Below are positions 20,718 to 30,773 of a DNA stretch of 64,000 bases, one piece after another. Each line of letters starts with the position of its first letter. Position 1 is the first letter of the stretch. The DNA lies in assembly GCA_031275795.1 (NCBI GenBank), contig JAISOG010000005.1, positions 69-64,068 of the forward strand, in the 5' to 3' direction. A program made the translations under genes and the position numbers. The stretch is from Candidatus Endomicrobiellum incisitermitis. GTDB lineage: Bacteria > Elusimicrobiota > Endomicrobiia > Endomicrobiales > Endomicrobiaceae. The notes under the pieces are model-generated. The model saw only the letters and a program-made list of their open reading frames with translations. It was not told the DNA's origin and ran no database searches.

Positions 20718-21710
20718 ATGTTTGCAGATAAAAGTTATTTATTATTGCTAATATTGATTCCATTGCTTACAGTATTTTTTTATATTGCATTTAAAAAGAG
20801 AAAAGAGTCTCTTAACATGCTTATAACAGATGTTAATTTGCTTTCAGTGTGTGAAGTTAACTTAAATGCGTATAAAGTAAAAGATGTTTTGTTCTTATTT
20901 GGGCTTTTTTTTATAGTTCTTGCTCTTGCTAGGCCGCAATATGGGATTAAAAATCATAGAGTGGTAAAAGAAGCCTCAGAGATAGTGTTAGGTTTAGATG
21001 TTTCAAAAAGCATGCTTGCGCAGGACTTTAAGCCTAACAGATTAGAAAAAGCAAAATCTATTATGGTAGATGTTGTTAGGGCAAATCCAGGTGAAAAGAT
21101 GGGGGTTATAGTTTTTTCTGGAGATGCTATGTGGCAGTGCCCAATGACTTATGACTTGCAAGCTTTAAAAATATTTTTAGAAGATGTGGAGACAGGTGTT
21201 TTGCCAAACGGTGGTACGCAAATTGGAGATGCCATTATTCTTGCAAGCAAAGCGTTAAATGGCAGAGTTTCTAAAAGTAAAGTTATGCTTTTAGTTTCAG
21301 ATGGAGAAGATCATGATTCTAAGATAGACGAAGCCATAAGTATTGCAAAAAAGAACAAGTTAAAAGTTATTTGTGTAGCAATAGGTACCAAAGAAGGTGC
21401 TCCTGTTCCGGTTGTTGATGAAGTAGGAAAACTTAAAGATTACATTAAGGACAGTTCCGGGCAAGTGGTTGTAAGTAAAGTAAATTTTGATTTGTTACAA
21501 AGAGTATCAGAAGAAACTGGCGGTAAATTTTTTGACGCTTCAAATAAAAATATTTCTTACGATTTAATAAAAACAGTAAAAGCATTAGATAAAGACAATA
21601 ACGAAATAGACCAAATAAATAATAAGATAGACAGATTTCAAATATTTATTTTATTGGGGCTGATTTGTTTTATTATTGCTTTTGTTTATCCTCTGAGGCG
21701 TAAAAGATGA
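20718..21710 (+). CDS. batB: vWA-domain membrane protein BatB
   Basis: Same architecture as batA: DVSKSM MIDAS motif, SDGEDHD, and terminal TM helices. Confidence 0.85.
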   Translation: MFADKSYLLLLILIPLLTVFFYIAFKKRKESLNMLITDVNLLSVCEVNLNAYKVKDVLFLFGLFFIVLALARPQYGIKNHRVVKEASEIVLGLDVSKSMLAQDFKPNRLEKAKSIMVDVVRANPGEKMGVIVFSGDAMWQCPMTYDLQALKIFLEDVETGVLPNGGTQIGDAIILASKALNGRVSKSKVMLLVSDGEDHDSKIDEAISIAKKNKLKVICVAIGTKEGAPVPVVDEVGKLKDYIKDSSGQVVVSKVNFDLLQRVSEETGGKFFDASNKNISYDLIKTVKALDKDNNEIDQINNKIDRFQIFILLGLICFIIAFVYPLRRKR

Positions 21711-22630
21711 AAAGAATATTTATTTTAAGTGGCGTGCTAGTTTTTTTGATTATAGTTTTAGTTTTTCTTTTAATATTTTTCACTAAAAATTTAAGGGACA
21801 ATAACAAAGCTTTAAAATATTTTAATAAAGGTGATTTTAAAACAGCATCTGAAATTTTAAACAAACAAGTTCAAGATAATCCTAACAATAATGATATTTT
21901 AATAAATTCTTCAGGGGTAGATTATAAACTTAATAAATTTGACGAATCTAAATTAAAATATAATAAAGTTTTAAGTTCTTCTATGTCTGCTCAAGCTGAC
22001 AAATTTGTTTCTTACTACAATTTAGGCAATGCTGAATTTAAACAAGGTAACATTAATGAAGCTATTAATTTTTATAAAGAAGCAATAAAAATTAATCCAG
22101 ATGACAAAGATTCAAAATACAATTTAGAAGTTGCTTTAAAAAAGTTGAATGAAAAAGGTTTGTCCCAAAACCAGAATAAGCAGCAGGATAAAAACAAAGA
22201 TCAGCAAAACAAAAAAGAACAAGATTTAAAAAGACAAATGGAACAAAATGAGAAAGCACAAGAAGACAATAAAAAACAACAGCAAGATTTAAAAGACAAA
22301 AAAGATAAGGGAAATAATAAGAATAAGAATCAAAATTCTAAAAAAGAAAAAGAACTAAACAAAGAAAAGCAAAACCTTGATAAACAAAAACAAGAGATAA
22401 GTGAAAAAATCAAAAATTTACAAAATAGCGAGCTAGAAAAAAGTCAAAATAATCAAAAGGCAGAAAACAAACAAGAAAAAGGGGATGATTCTAAAGAGTC
22501 AAATAAAGAAAAAAAGGATACCTCAGGCTCAATACTTTTAAATTATTATAACGAGTCAGACAAAAATACAAACAGACCTAAAAAGAAACTAAAAGGATAT
22601 CAAATGGTTAAACCGCAAAAGGATTGGTAA
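21707..22630 (+). CDS. batC: TPR protein BatC with a K/Q/N/E-rich tail
   Basis: TPR-like YYNLGNAEFKQGNINEAINFYKEAIKINPDD, followed by ~150 aa of charged low complexity. Confidence 0.7.
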   Translation: MKRIFILSGVLVFLIIVLVFLLIFFTKNLRDNNKALKYFNKGDFKTASEILNKQVQDNPNNNDILINSSGVDYKLNKFDESKLKYNKVLSSSMSAQADKFVSYYNLGNAEFKQGNINEAINFYKEAIKINPDDKDSKYNLEVALKKLNEKGLSQNQNKQQDKNKDQQNKKEQDLKRQMEQNEKAQEDNKKQQQDLKDKKDKGNNKNKNQNSKKEKELNKEKQNLDKQKQEISEKIKNLQNSELEKSQNNQKAENKQEKGDDSKESNKEKKDTSGSILLNYYNESDKNTNRPKKKLKGYQMVKPQKDW

Positions 22631-22631
22631 A

Positions 22632-24425
22632 ATGTTTAAGAAAATAACTTGTCTCCTTTTATTAATATTTGCTGCAGTCGTTGCTTATTCAGACACTATC
22701 TCTTATAAAGCTTCTGTAAATAGAAAGACAGTGCCATTAAACGAATCTTTTGTATATTCGATTACTTTAAGCGGAGATGGGGCCGATCTTCCTGAACATC
22801 AAGTGTCAAATTTAACAGATTTTACAAAATTTGGCACGTCCACTTCTCAGAATATGTCTATAATAAATGGAAAAACTAATGTAAGCGTTACATATAAATA
22901 TACTTTAGGTCCAAAAAGAATAGGCAAATTTACTATACCTCCTGCAAGAATAACTTATAATGGTAAAACGTATCTTACTGAAACTGTAGATATTGAAGTT
23001 ATTCCGTCTCAAAGTGCGCAGAGTCTATCTAGCTCAAACACAAGTAATGTCACTAGCATGCACCAAAATAAAAAACAAGCTCAAGCAGCTAACCCGCCAG
23101 GCAAAGCTTTTGTAAAAGCTAGTGTAAATAAAAAGACAGTTTATGAAAATGAAAAATTAGTTTATAAGTTTAGTTTCTATACAAATGTGGACTTGATATC
23201 CAATCCAGAATATTTTCCTCCAAGTTTTGTTGGTTTTTGGAATGATGGATCTAAACCTAAAAGTCGTTTTGAAGTTGTTGATGGGATAAATTATCGCGTT
23301 GATGAAATAGAAACCGTATTGTACCCAATAGAAGTAGGCTTAAAAACTATTCAGCCAGCAAAAATAAAGATAGCTGTTATGGACTTTTCTTCTCCAGATG
23401 ATGCAGACGATTTTTTTAGTTTGTTTTCAAATATGGGTCGGGGGCAAATTAAAACATTAGAGACAAAGCCAGTTAATATAGATGTAATCTCTCTGCCAAA
23501 AAGTGGTAAGCCTGTTGATTTTTCTGGTGCAATAGGGGACTTTAAAATATCTGCTACTTTAGACAAAAAGCAAGCTCAAACAAATGACCCTGTAACTTTG
23601 ACAGTTATTGTTAAAGGTAATGGAAATATGAAAAGCATTAGCAGTATAAATTTTGCTTCTTATGAAGGTTTTAAAAAATATGAAACGATAATTTCAAACG
23701 ATTCGGAAAATATAAAAGAGTTTAAAACAATATTTATTCCCTTAGTTGCAGGCGTCCAGGAAATTCCATCTGCAAGTATTGCGTTTTTTAATCCAGTAAA
23801 GAAAAAGTATGAAACTATAAAAACTGCTGCGCAAAAAGTTGAGATAACAGGAGAAACTGTTAATTATGGTAACTTTGAAGATGCCAAATCTACTAGCGAT
23901 GTTGTACGTCAAGATATAAATTACAATAAACAAATTAAAAATGTAAACTTACATAAAGGGTATTTGCTAAAAAGTTCAAAATTTTATTTGATATTTATAC
24001 CTTTTTTTCTTTTGCTCATTTGCAGTATCTGTTATAAAGTGTACAGAAACAAACATTACGATGGTAAAAACTTCAAAAAAGTCAACTTGCGCGATGTTGA
24101 GAGATTAATTAAGGAAACGGAAATAGAAATTTCCAAAGGTAATTATAAAAGATCTTTAGATTTGTTAAATAGTGCGTTTATTAAATTTTTAGATACTCAA
24201 CTATGCAAAGAAAGTCAACTTTTGTCTAAAAATGAAATAATAGAAGAGTTAAAAAAATTAGAATTGAACAGTGAGAAGGTTGATAAAATACTAAAAATTT
24301 TTGAAGAATTTAATTTTTATAAATATTCTTCAGTAAACTTAAATAGAGATTACGTTTATAAGTTGTTAAACGATGTCAAATATCTTGTGACAAATATGCA
24401 AAAAATATGTTCTAAGAAGTTGTAA
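22632..24425 (+). CDS. batD: BatD (oxygen-tolerance) protein
   Basis: Signal peptide, repeated beta-sandwich-like segments (ASVNRKTV.LNESFVY / ASVNKKTVYENEKLVY), and a late TM helix. Last gene of the Bat cluster. Confidence 0.75.
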   Translation: MFKKITCLLLLIFAAVVAYSDTISYKASVNRKTVPLNESFVYSITLSGDGADLPEHQVSNLTDFTKFGTSTSQNMSIINGKTNVSVTYKYTLGPKRIGKFTIPPARITYNGKTYLTETVDIEVIPSQSAQSLSSSNTSNVTSMHQNKKQAQAANPPGKAFVKASVNKKTVYENEKLVYKFSFYTNVDLISNPEYFPPSFVGFWNDGSKPKSRFEVVDGINYRVDEIETVLYPIEVGLKTIQPAKIKIAVMDFSSPDDADDFFSLFSNMGRGQIKTLETKPVNIDVISLPKSGKPVDFSGAIGDFKISATLDKKQAQTNDPVTLTVIVKGNGNMKSISSINFASYEGFKKYETIISNDSENIKEFKTIFIPLVAGVQEIPSASIAFFNPVKKKYETIKTAAQKVEITGETVNYGNFEDAKSTSDVVRQDINYNKQIKNVNLHKGYLLKSSKFYLIFIPFFLLLICSICYKVYRNKHYDGKNFKKVNLRDVERLIKETEIEISKGNYKRSLDLLNSAFIKFLDTQLCKESQLLSKNEIIEELKKLELNSEKVDKILKIFEEFNFYKYSSVNLNRDYVYKLLNDVKYLVTNMQKICSKKL

Positions 24426-24465
24426 TACAGATTAGTTAATTATTAAGTTGAAAAAAGGAGGATTT

Positions 24466-24627
24466 ATGGAAAAAATGAAATGCAGTGTTTGTGGATATAT
24501 TTATGATCCGGATCTAGGAATTGAAGATAGTGGTATAGCTAAAGGTACATCTTTTGATCAGTTACCTCAAGACTGGCTGTGTCCTGTATGTGGAGCATCA
24601 AAAGATGCTTTTGAAGTAGAGAAATAG
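24466..24627 (+). CDS. Rubredoxin (53 aa, below the ORF-track size cutoff)
   Basis: [15 protein letters not shown]...[14 protein letters not shown] with two CxxCG knuckles. AGGAGG lies 6 nt upstream. Confidence 0.9.
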   Translation: MEKMKCSVCGYIYDPDLGIEDSGIAKGTSFDQLPQDWLCPVCGASKDAFEVEK

Positions 24628-24636
24628 GATTAAGTT

Positions 24637-25893
24637 ATGAAGCATATATATTTGGACAATCAGTCTAACACGAAGTTAGATAATAATGTGCTTAATGCAA
24701 TGATGCCCTTTTTTGTTGAGTCTTATGGCAATCCTCAAAGTATCTATTCTTTAGGTGCTATTTCTAAAGATGCTCTAGATACCGCAAGGTTTCAAGTTGC
24801 AACTTTTATAAATGCAGATGCTAAAGAAATAACTTTTACTTCTTGCGCCACAGAGTCAAACAATTTAATAGTTAAAGGTATAGTAGAGTCGTTAAAGAGT
24901 AAAGGTAAACATATTATTGTTTCTTCTATAGAACATTTCTCTATTTTAAATCCTTTAAAAAAACTACAAAATGAGGGCTTTGAAATTACTTATTTGCCTG
25001 TGGATACAAAAGGGAACGTGAATGCTAAAGAACTTGAAAAGTCTTTAAGAAAGGACACTATTTTAGTGTCTATCCAACATTCTAACCCTGAGATTGGAAC
25101 TGTGCAAAATATTAAAGAGTTAGTAGCTATAGTTAAGAATAGTAAAATCAACGATTTTGTTGTTTTTCATACAGACGCTGTAAGTTCTTGCGGTTTTGTA
25201 CCTGTAGATGTTAAAGATTTAAATGTAGATGCTTTGACATTTTCTTCGTCTGTAATCTATGGTCCAAAAGGAGCCGCTGCTCTTTATGTTAAAAAAGGAA
25301 TAAAGGTAATTGCTCAAATTGAAGGTGGTGTTCAAGAAAATTCTAAACGGTCAGGCACAGAAAATGTTCCTGCCATAGTGGGTTTTGGTAAAGCTTGCCA
25401 AATTGCTAAAACAGAACTTGTTTCAAATGCACAAAAAATAAAAGAGTTAAGAGACATACTTATCAAAGAACTGCCAAAAAGAATAGAATATATTTATTTA
25501 AACGGTGCAACAGAAAATCGTTTACCTGGCAATGTAAATTTTTCAATTGAGTTTGTTGAGGGCGAATCTTTGTTTTTGCTTTTAGATGCTAAAGGGATAA
25601 TGGCTGCAAGTGGTTCTGCTTGTGCAAATAAGAACCTAAAACTTTCTCATGTGTTAAGTGCGATAAACGTAGATGTAGCTGTTGGGCAAGGGTCTATAGT
25701 TTTTACATTGTCAAAATACAATACAAAAGAAGAAATCGATTTTGTTTTAGAAGAGTTTCCTAAAATAGTTAACAGGCTTAGAGAAATGTCGCCTCTATAC
25801 TCGTATTTTTTAGAGACAGGCAAAAGAAAAGAGGCTGGCCCTGGCACAAATTTTGATCAAGATCATGACCATTGCCACATATATGAAGAATGA
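24637..25893 (+). CDS. IscS/NifS-like protein lacking the PLP Schiff-base lysine
   Basis: Collinear with E. coli IscS (TFTSCATES, EH, FHTDA, SGSAC). SGHKIYGPKG is replaced by SSSVIYGPKG, with Val at codon 206 (nt 25252-25254). Confidence 0.8.
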   Translation: MKHIYLDNQSNTKLDNNVLNAMMPFFVESYGNPQSIYSLGAISKDALDTARFQVATFINADAKEITFTSCATESNNLIVKGIVESLKSKGKHIIVSSIEHFSILNPLKKLQNEGFEITYLPVDTKGNVNAKELEKSLRKDTILVSIQHSNPEIGTVQNIKELVAIVKNSKINDFVVFHTDAVSSCGFVPVDVKDLNVDALTFSSSVIYGPKGAAALYVKKGIKVIAQIEGGVQENSKRSGTENVPAIVGFGKACQIAKTELVSNAQKIKELRDILIKELPKRIEYIYLNGATENRLPGNVNFSIEFVEGESLFLLLDAKGIMAASGSACANKNLKLSHVLSAINVDVAVGQGSIVFTLSKYNTKEEIDFVLEEFPKIVNRLREMSPLYSYFLETGKRKEAGPGTNFDQDHDHCHIYEE

Positions 25894-25966
25894 TTATTAT
25901 GTTGTAATTTTAAAAGATGTTTTAATTTATAGAGTTGTAAGTTGAAGTGAAATTGGAGGAAGAAGT

Positions 25967-26344
25967 ATGGCATTTTATTCAGAAAAAGTTATGGAGCATT
26001 TTTCAAATCCAAGAAACGTTGGACAGATAGAAAATGCAGATGGTGTAGGCGAAGTAGGAAACCCTGTATGTGGCGATATGATGACTTTTTACATAAAAGT
26101 TAAAGATGATAGAATAGAGGACGTGAAATTTAAAACTTTTGGATGTGGAGCAGCTATAGCCGTTTCTTCAATGGTTTCAGAAATGGCTAAAGGTAAAACT
26201 ATAGAAGAGGTTATGAATATTACAAACGATGATGTTGCAAAAGAGCTTGGAGGATTGCCTCCAAACAAAATGCATTGTTCTAATCTTGGAGCAGATGCAT
26301 TACATAAAGCTATAGAAAATTATAAATCAAAACAGGGTAAATAG
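25967..26344 (+). CDS. iscU: Fe-S cluster scaffold IscU/NifU-like
   Basis: Three ligand Cys in NPVCGD, FGCGAAIA and KMHCS. Confidence 0.9.
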   Translation: MAFYSEKVMEHFSNPRNVGQIENADGVGEVGNPVCGDMMTFYIKVKDDRIEDVKFKTFGCGAAIAVSSMVSEMAKGKTIEEVMNITNDDVAKELGGLPPNKMHCSNLGADALHKAIENYKSKQGK

Positions 26345-26345
26345 T

Positions 26346-26543
26346 ATGTGTAAAGATAATTGTTCTTGTCCGTATTGTCAAAGTGAGTTAAAAAACAGAT
26401 GTTTAAATCCAGAATTTTGTGAAGCTTGCTGTAAAACTGAAAATGTACATATAAAAATATGTGATGTTTGTAAATCTGAATATTCTAACGAATATGAAAA
26501 ATGTCCGATGTGTCAAGCAGAACAAGGTGTTAAGATGATGTAA
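26346..26543 (+). CDS. Small Cys-rich protein (13 Cys in 65 aa), function unknown
   Basis: CxxC-type pairs: CSCPYC, CEACC, CDVC, CPMC. Tightly packed between iscU and the flavodiiron gene. Confidence 0.5.
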   Translation: MCKDNCSCPYCQSELKNRCLNPEFCEACCKTENVHIKICDVCKSEYSNEYEKCPMCQAEQGVKMM

Positions 26544-26577
26544 AGTCTTTAGTTTATTAAAATAAAAGGTTGATTTT

Positions 26578-27765
26578 ATGACAACAAAATTAATAAAAGA
26601 AGGTATATATTCAGTTGGCGTAGTAGATTGGAATGAACGGCATTTTCATGGGTACACATATGTGACTAAAAGGGGTGTCACATATAATGCTTATTTAATT
26701 ATAGATGAAAAGATAACGTTAATTGATACTGTTAGAGAAGGGTTTCAAAAAGAGTTAATAGAGAACATCAAAAATGTTGTTGACCCTTCAAAGATAGACG
26801 TCATAATAATAAATCATATAGAGCCAGACCATTCTGGCGCATTTGCACAGATATTAAAAATTTGCCCTAATGCTAAAGTTTATGGTACAGAAAAAGCAAG
26901 ACAAGGCCTTTTAAAATATTATGGAGTATGTGGAGATTGGGTTACAGTAAAATCAGGCCAAAGCTTAAATATAGGAAAAAGAACATTAGACTTTATAGAT
27001 GTACCCATGATACATTGGCCTGATAGCATGTTTACGTATTCAGCTTACGATAAGACTTTATTTTCAAATGATGGATTTGGACAACATTATGCGACTAACA
27101 AAATTTTTGATGATGAAGTTAATTTTGATGTTTTAATGGACGAGTCTCAAAAATATTATGCAAACATACTTTGGCCATTTAATATGCTTGTATCATCAAA
27201 ACTTGCAGCAATAGGCAAATTAAGTCTAGATATTAAGTTTATAGCTCCAAGTCATGGGCTCATATGGCGTAAATATATACCAGAAATTATGCAAAAGTAT
27301 TTGTATTGGTCTTCACATTCGTGCAAGAATAGGGTTGCAGTTGTATATGAAACGATGTGGAACTCTACAGAGAAGATGGCAAAAAAGATTATAGAAGGAA
27401 TAACTTCAGAAGGTGTTGAAGCTATATTGTTTGATGTGACAAAAAATGATAGAACAGACATCTCTTCATATATGTTAGATGCCAAAGGGTGGGTGTTTGG
27501 TTCATCTACTCATGATGGAGAAATGTTGCCTGTAATTGCGGGCTTCTTGCACTTTCTTAAAGGTTCTAAAGCTAAAGGACGTAAATCTTTTGCGTTTGGT
27601 TCTTATGGTTGGAGCGGGGAGGCTGTAAAAGATATTGAAGATACAATTTCTAACGTTACATCTTTTGAACCTTCTTTAAGAGTGGTCTATAGTCCTAATC
27701 AGGATGAGCTGGATAAATGTTTCCAAGTAGGTAAATCTTTTGCTTTAAAAATAAAAAATGAATAA
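26578..27765 (+). CDS. Flavodiiron protein (FprA-type O2/NO reductase)
   Basis: Metallo-beta-lactamase di-iron motif NHIEPDHSG plus a C-terminal flavodoxin-like domain. Confidence 0.85.
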   Translation: MTTKLIKEGIYSVGVVDWNERHFHGYTYVTKRGVTYNAYLIIDEKITLIDTVREGFQKELIENIKNVVDPSKIDVIIINHIEPDHSGAFAQILKICPNAKVYGTEKARQGLLKYYGVCGDWVTVKSGQSLNIGKRTLDFIDVPMIHWPDSMFTYSAYDKTLFSNDGFGQHYATNKIFDDEVNFDVLMDESQKYYANILWPFNMLVSSKLAAIGKLSLDIKFIAPSHGLIWRKYIPEIMQKYLYWSSHSCKNRVAVVYETMWNSTEKMAKKIIEGITSEGVEAILFDVTKNDRTDISSYMLDAKGWVFGSSTHDGEMLPVIAGFLHFLKGSKAKGRKSFAFGSYGWSGEAVKDIEDTISNVTSFEPSLRVVYSPNQDELDKCFQVGKSFALKIKNE

Positions 27766-27914
27766 TAAATAATAAGTGATTTCTTATGCTTATTTCATTA
27801 AAAGTACCATAGCTTAATAGGATATTGTTTCATTTTTACAAAATATAAATTTTAATTGTTATTTTGGTTAATGAGTAAACATAGTATGTAAAATTGTAAT
27901 AAGAAGGAGGATGT

Positions 27915-28358
27915 ATGAAAGGACTAGTTTGTAAAGTGTGTGGGTACGTAGCTCTAGATGGCAACAAAGAGATATGTCCTATTTGTTATGCAAAAAATGT
28001 ATTTGAAGAAAGAGAAGACGCTTATAAAATGCCTGACTTTAAGGCCCCTTCAGGAGAGACTGAAAAAAAGCATATTCCTGATTTTACAGTTGTAGAAAAG
28101 TGTGGTTTAATTCCTGGAACTGGTTGTGTTGATGTCCATGTAAAAATTGGAGAGGTGTTACATCCTGCTTTGTCTGAACATCACATACAGGAAATAACTT
28201 TTTATATTGACAATAAATTTATTTCAAACGTTATGCTTACATCTAGCATTAACCCTGCTGCAGTTATCCATTTAAAAGGTGGGACAAAAGGTAAAGTTCA
28301 AGTTATAGAAACATGCAATCTTCATGGTAAATGGTTTAACGAGATAGAAATAAAATAA
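27915..28358 (+). CDS. Superoxide reductase (desulfoferrodoxin family) with an N-terminal CxxC...CxxC knuckle domain
   Basis: CKVCGY..CPIC, then the SOR ligand blocks EKKHIP, LSEHHI and CNLHGKW. Confidence 0.8.
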   Translation: MKGLVCKVCGYVALDGNKEICPICYAKNVFEEREDAYKMPDFKAPSGETEKKHIPDFTVVEKCGLIPGTGCVDVHVKIGEVLHPALSEHHIQEITFYIDNKFISNVMLTSSINPAAVIHLKGGTKGKVQVIETCNLHGKWFNEIEIK

Positions 28359-28401
28359 TATTGTATAAGAACTTGATTATAATAATGGAGGTAATAAAGT
28401 T

Positions 28402-28980
28402 ATGGCAAAATCAGTTAAAGGTACAAAGACCGAAAAACATTTATTAGAATCATTTGCAGGAGAATCACAAGCAAGGATGAGGTACACATATTTTGCTTCA
28501 AAAGCAAAAAAAGAAGGGTTTGAACAAATTGCTGCAATTTTTACAGAAACAGCAGACAACGAAAAAGAACATGCAGAAAGATTTTTTAAGTTTTTAGAAG
28601 GTGGCCCGCTTGAAATTACCGGCACTTTCCCTGCAGGTGTTATTAGTAATACGGTTGAAAATTTAAGACTTGCAGCTTCTGGAGAAAACGAAGAACATAC
28701 AAAACTTTATCCTAAAGCAGCCAAAGTTGCTGACGAAGAAGGATTTCCTGAAATAGCAGAATGTTTTAGAAGAATTTCTGTTGTTGAAAAGCATCATGAA
28801 GCAAGGTACTTAGAACTTCTTGACAATCTTGAAAACGATAGAGTGTTTAAAAAAGATATGCCAATAAAATGGAAATGCCGTAACTGTGGATATGTTTATG
28901 AAGGTAAAGAAGCTTTAGAAAAATGTCCAGCATGCTTACATCCTAAAGCTTATATGGAAGAATTAGCTGATAATTTTTAG
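28402..28980 (+). CDS. rbr: Rubrerythrin
   Basis: Ferritin-like [18 protein letters not shown] and EEHT, plus a C-terminal rubredoxin-like CRNCGY..CPAC. Confidence 0.92.
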   Translation: MAKSVKGTKTEKHLLESFAGESQARMRYTYFASKAKKEGFEQIAAIFTETADNEKEHAERFFKFLEGGPLEITGTFPAGVISNTVENLRLAASGENEEHTKLYPKAAKVADEEGFPEIAECFRRISVVEKHHEARYLELLDNLENDRVFKKDMPIKWKCRNCGYVYEGKEALEKCPACLHPKAYMEELADNF

Positions 28981-29000
28981 GATATTTATTTGACAGTTAA

Positions 29001-29038
29001 AAAGGACAATGTAAATTTAATTTACATTGCCCTTTTAT
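29001..29038. terminator. Hairpin between convergent rbr (+) and HEPN (-) genes
   Basis: aaaggacaatgtaaa / tttacattgcccttt forms a 15-bp stem (1 mismatch) with a 5-nt loop, flanked by A/T runs on both sides. Confidence 0.6.
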
Positions 29039-29082
29039 TGTTTAATTTAATATAAAAAAGAGTTTCTTCTAAATATGGTTTG

Positions 29083-29475
29083 TTATAATTTGTTAATAAT
29101 ATTTTTTATAAAAAACTTTGCATCATTTAACATAATCTTAACAGTTACTAAGTCAGGTCGATATGCAAAATCATAATCACTTTTTTCTCTTATCAAGTAT
29201 ACATTTTTGTATATTTCATACATTTTGTTGTTAAAAATCTTTTTTTCATATATAAATTTTTTATTAAACCAGCCTTTTAATTGTGAATGGTTTGATGTTG
29301 AAAAATTATTTTTTATTGCTAAAGCATTTACAGAGTAAAAAACAGCATAGTAAATCCTATTTAAAGCTCCTTCTAAGTGTTTTGATTTTATATTTTCTTC
29401 AGCTGTTTTTAATGCTATTTTGGCTTTTTCTATTGTGAGTTTTATTAACTCTTTATTGTTATGCATAAAATACAC
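29083..29475 (-). CDS. HEPN-domain protein
   Basis: Classic HEPN pattern ALNRIYYAVFYSVNALAI...H and a distal REKSDY. Overlaps its upstream MNT partner. Confidence 0.75.
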   Translation of the reverse strand: MYFMHNNKELIKLTIEKAKIALKTAEENIKSKHLEGALNRIYYAVFYSVNALAIKNNFSTSNHSQLKGWFNKKFIYEKKIFNNKMYEIYKNVYLIREKSDYDFAYRPDLVTVKIMLNDAKFFIKNIINKL

Positions 29476-29770
29476 CCTTTCCTACAACTTCATTACAAAA
29501 TATATAATTGCGTTTTAGTTCAAGATATGTATATGGTTTTAAATCTATAACAATATTGTTGGCGTATTCTATTTTTGAAACTATAGTCCATACTACGCTT
29601 AGTTTTTCGAAATTATATTTACTAAAAATTACAACAATATCAACATCGCTATTTTTGTTGTACGTGCCGTTAACTTGTGAACCATAGATATACAATCCCT
29701 TAAAATCTTTAAAAGATTTTTTAAGTTCATTTTTCAACTCATTAACAATTTTATCTATTTTTTTTTTCAT
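29459..29770 (-). CDS. Minimal nucleotidyltransferase (MNT)
   Basis: LYIYGSQVNGTYNKNSDVDIVVIF (GS-x-DxD). Confidence 0.8.
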   Translation of the reverse strand: MKKKIDKIVNELKNELKKSFKDFKGLYIYGSQVNGTYNKNSDVDIVVIFSKYNFEKLSVVWTIVSKIEYANNIVIDLKPYTYLELKRNYIFCNEVVGKGVFYA

Positions 29771-29950
29771 ATAGTCTACTTTAACCTAACTTAATCGCTT
29801 AAATTATTAATTTTATTTGATTATATTGTTAGATATATAAATAGTATACAATAAATCGATTGGTTATAAAAATGTTTGTAATAAGAAAGATGGCATGTCC
29901 TACAGTGAAACTATTGATGTTGAAAACAACAAACAATATAAATATATAAT

Positions 29951-30526
29951 TTATTCAAACTTAAACCCAGCATAAAGTGTTATTGTTTGACAGTTGCAAT
30001 TAATAGTTCCTTCGTTCATCGGAGAAGAAAGAGTATAGTTATTTATTGCATATATTGCTTCTATAACTAAAGAGTTTATGCTAAAACCTATTCCAACACC
30101 ATAATAAAGACCTGTTTTTTGTGTTGCTCCATTTAAATCCGATAACATAGGTATTGCTCCACCTATCCTGCCAGAACAGAACATAAATGTGTTGTCTAGA
30201 CCAGAAAGAGGTGTACGCAATTTTAAAGCTGCAAAAAGTGGCATGAAAGATATATTTCTAGCATTATCATTTGTTTTTCTAGGGAAATCGTATGATGTTC
30301 CAAGACCTAAAGCAACAACATTGTTTAAGTATTGAAAATATTCAAGTCCTGTAGAAATTCCGAGGTTTGTGTTTTGACTCGTACTATTACCTTGAAATTC
30401 TTCTGACATTGTAGTTAAAGGTTGGAATCCAAGTTTTAAAATAAATTCTCTGTCATTTTTAGGTTTTGCAAGCACTGTAATTGCAGCTATACATAATAAA
30501 ACAAACGTCACTAAAACTTTTTTCAT
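29951..30526 (-). CDS. Small outer-membrane beta-barrel protein (OmpW/OmpA-like porin family)
   Basis: Signal peptide MKKVLVTFVLLCIAAITVLA, alternating-hydrophobic strands, and a terminal aromatic ...YAGFKFE. Start set at ATG 30526, which has a GGAGAAG RBS. Confidence 0.65.
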   Translation of the reverse strand: MKKVLVTFVLLCIAAITVLAKPKNDREFILKLGFQPLTTMSEEFQGNSTSQNTNLGISTGLEYFQYLNNVVALGLGTSYDFPRKTNDNARNISFMPLFAALKLRTPLSGLDNTFMFCSGRIGGAIPMLSDLNGATQKTGLYYGVGIGFSINSLVIEAIYAINNYTLSSPMNEGTINCNCQTITLYAGFKFE

Positions 30527-30773
30527 TTTCTTCTCCTTTCCTAAATACTCCTTATTTCTTTGTACAACTTTTGGAGTCATTAGCATCTTCAGGCGTTTTG
30601 TTTCGAAATGTTTATGAGACTCCTTTAAATTAAAATATTCTCAATTTTATAAAGCTTGATTGAGTTTTACTACTAGTAATTTGTAATTAAATTTCTATGC
30701 CAATAACATATCCTTACTCCTTAATTTTAGTAATTATTGTGTGTTAAATAGAAATTCAAGCTTTAAAGGCAAG

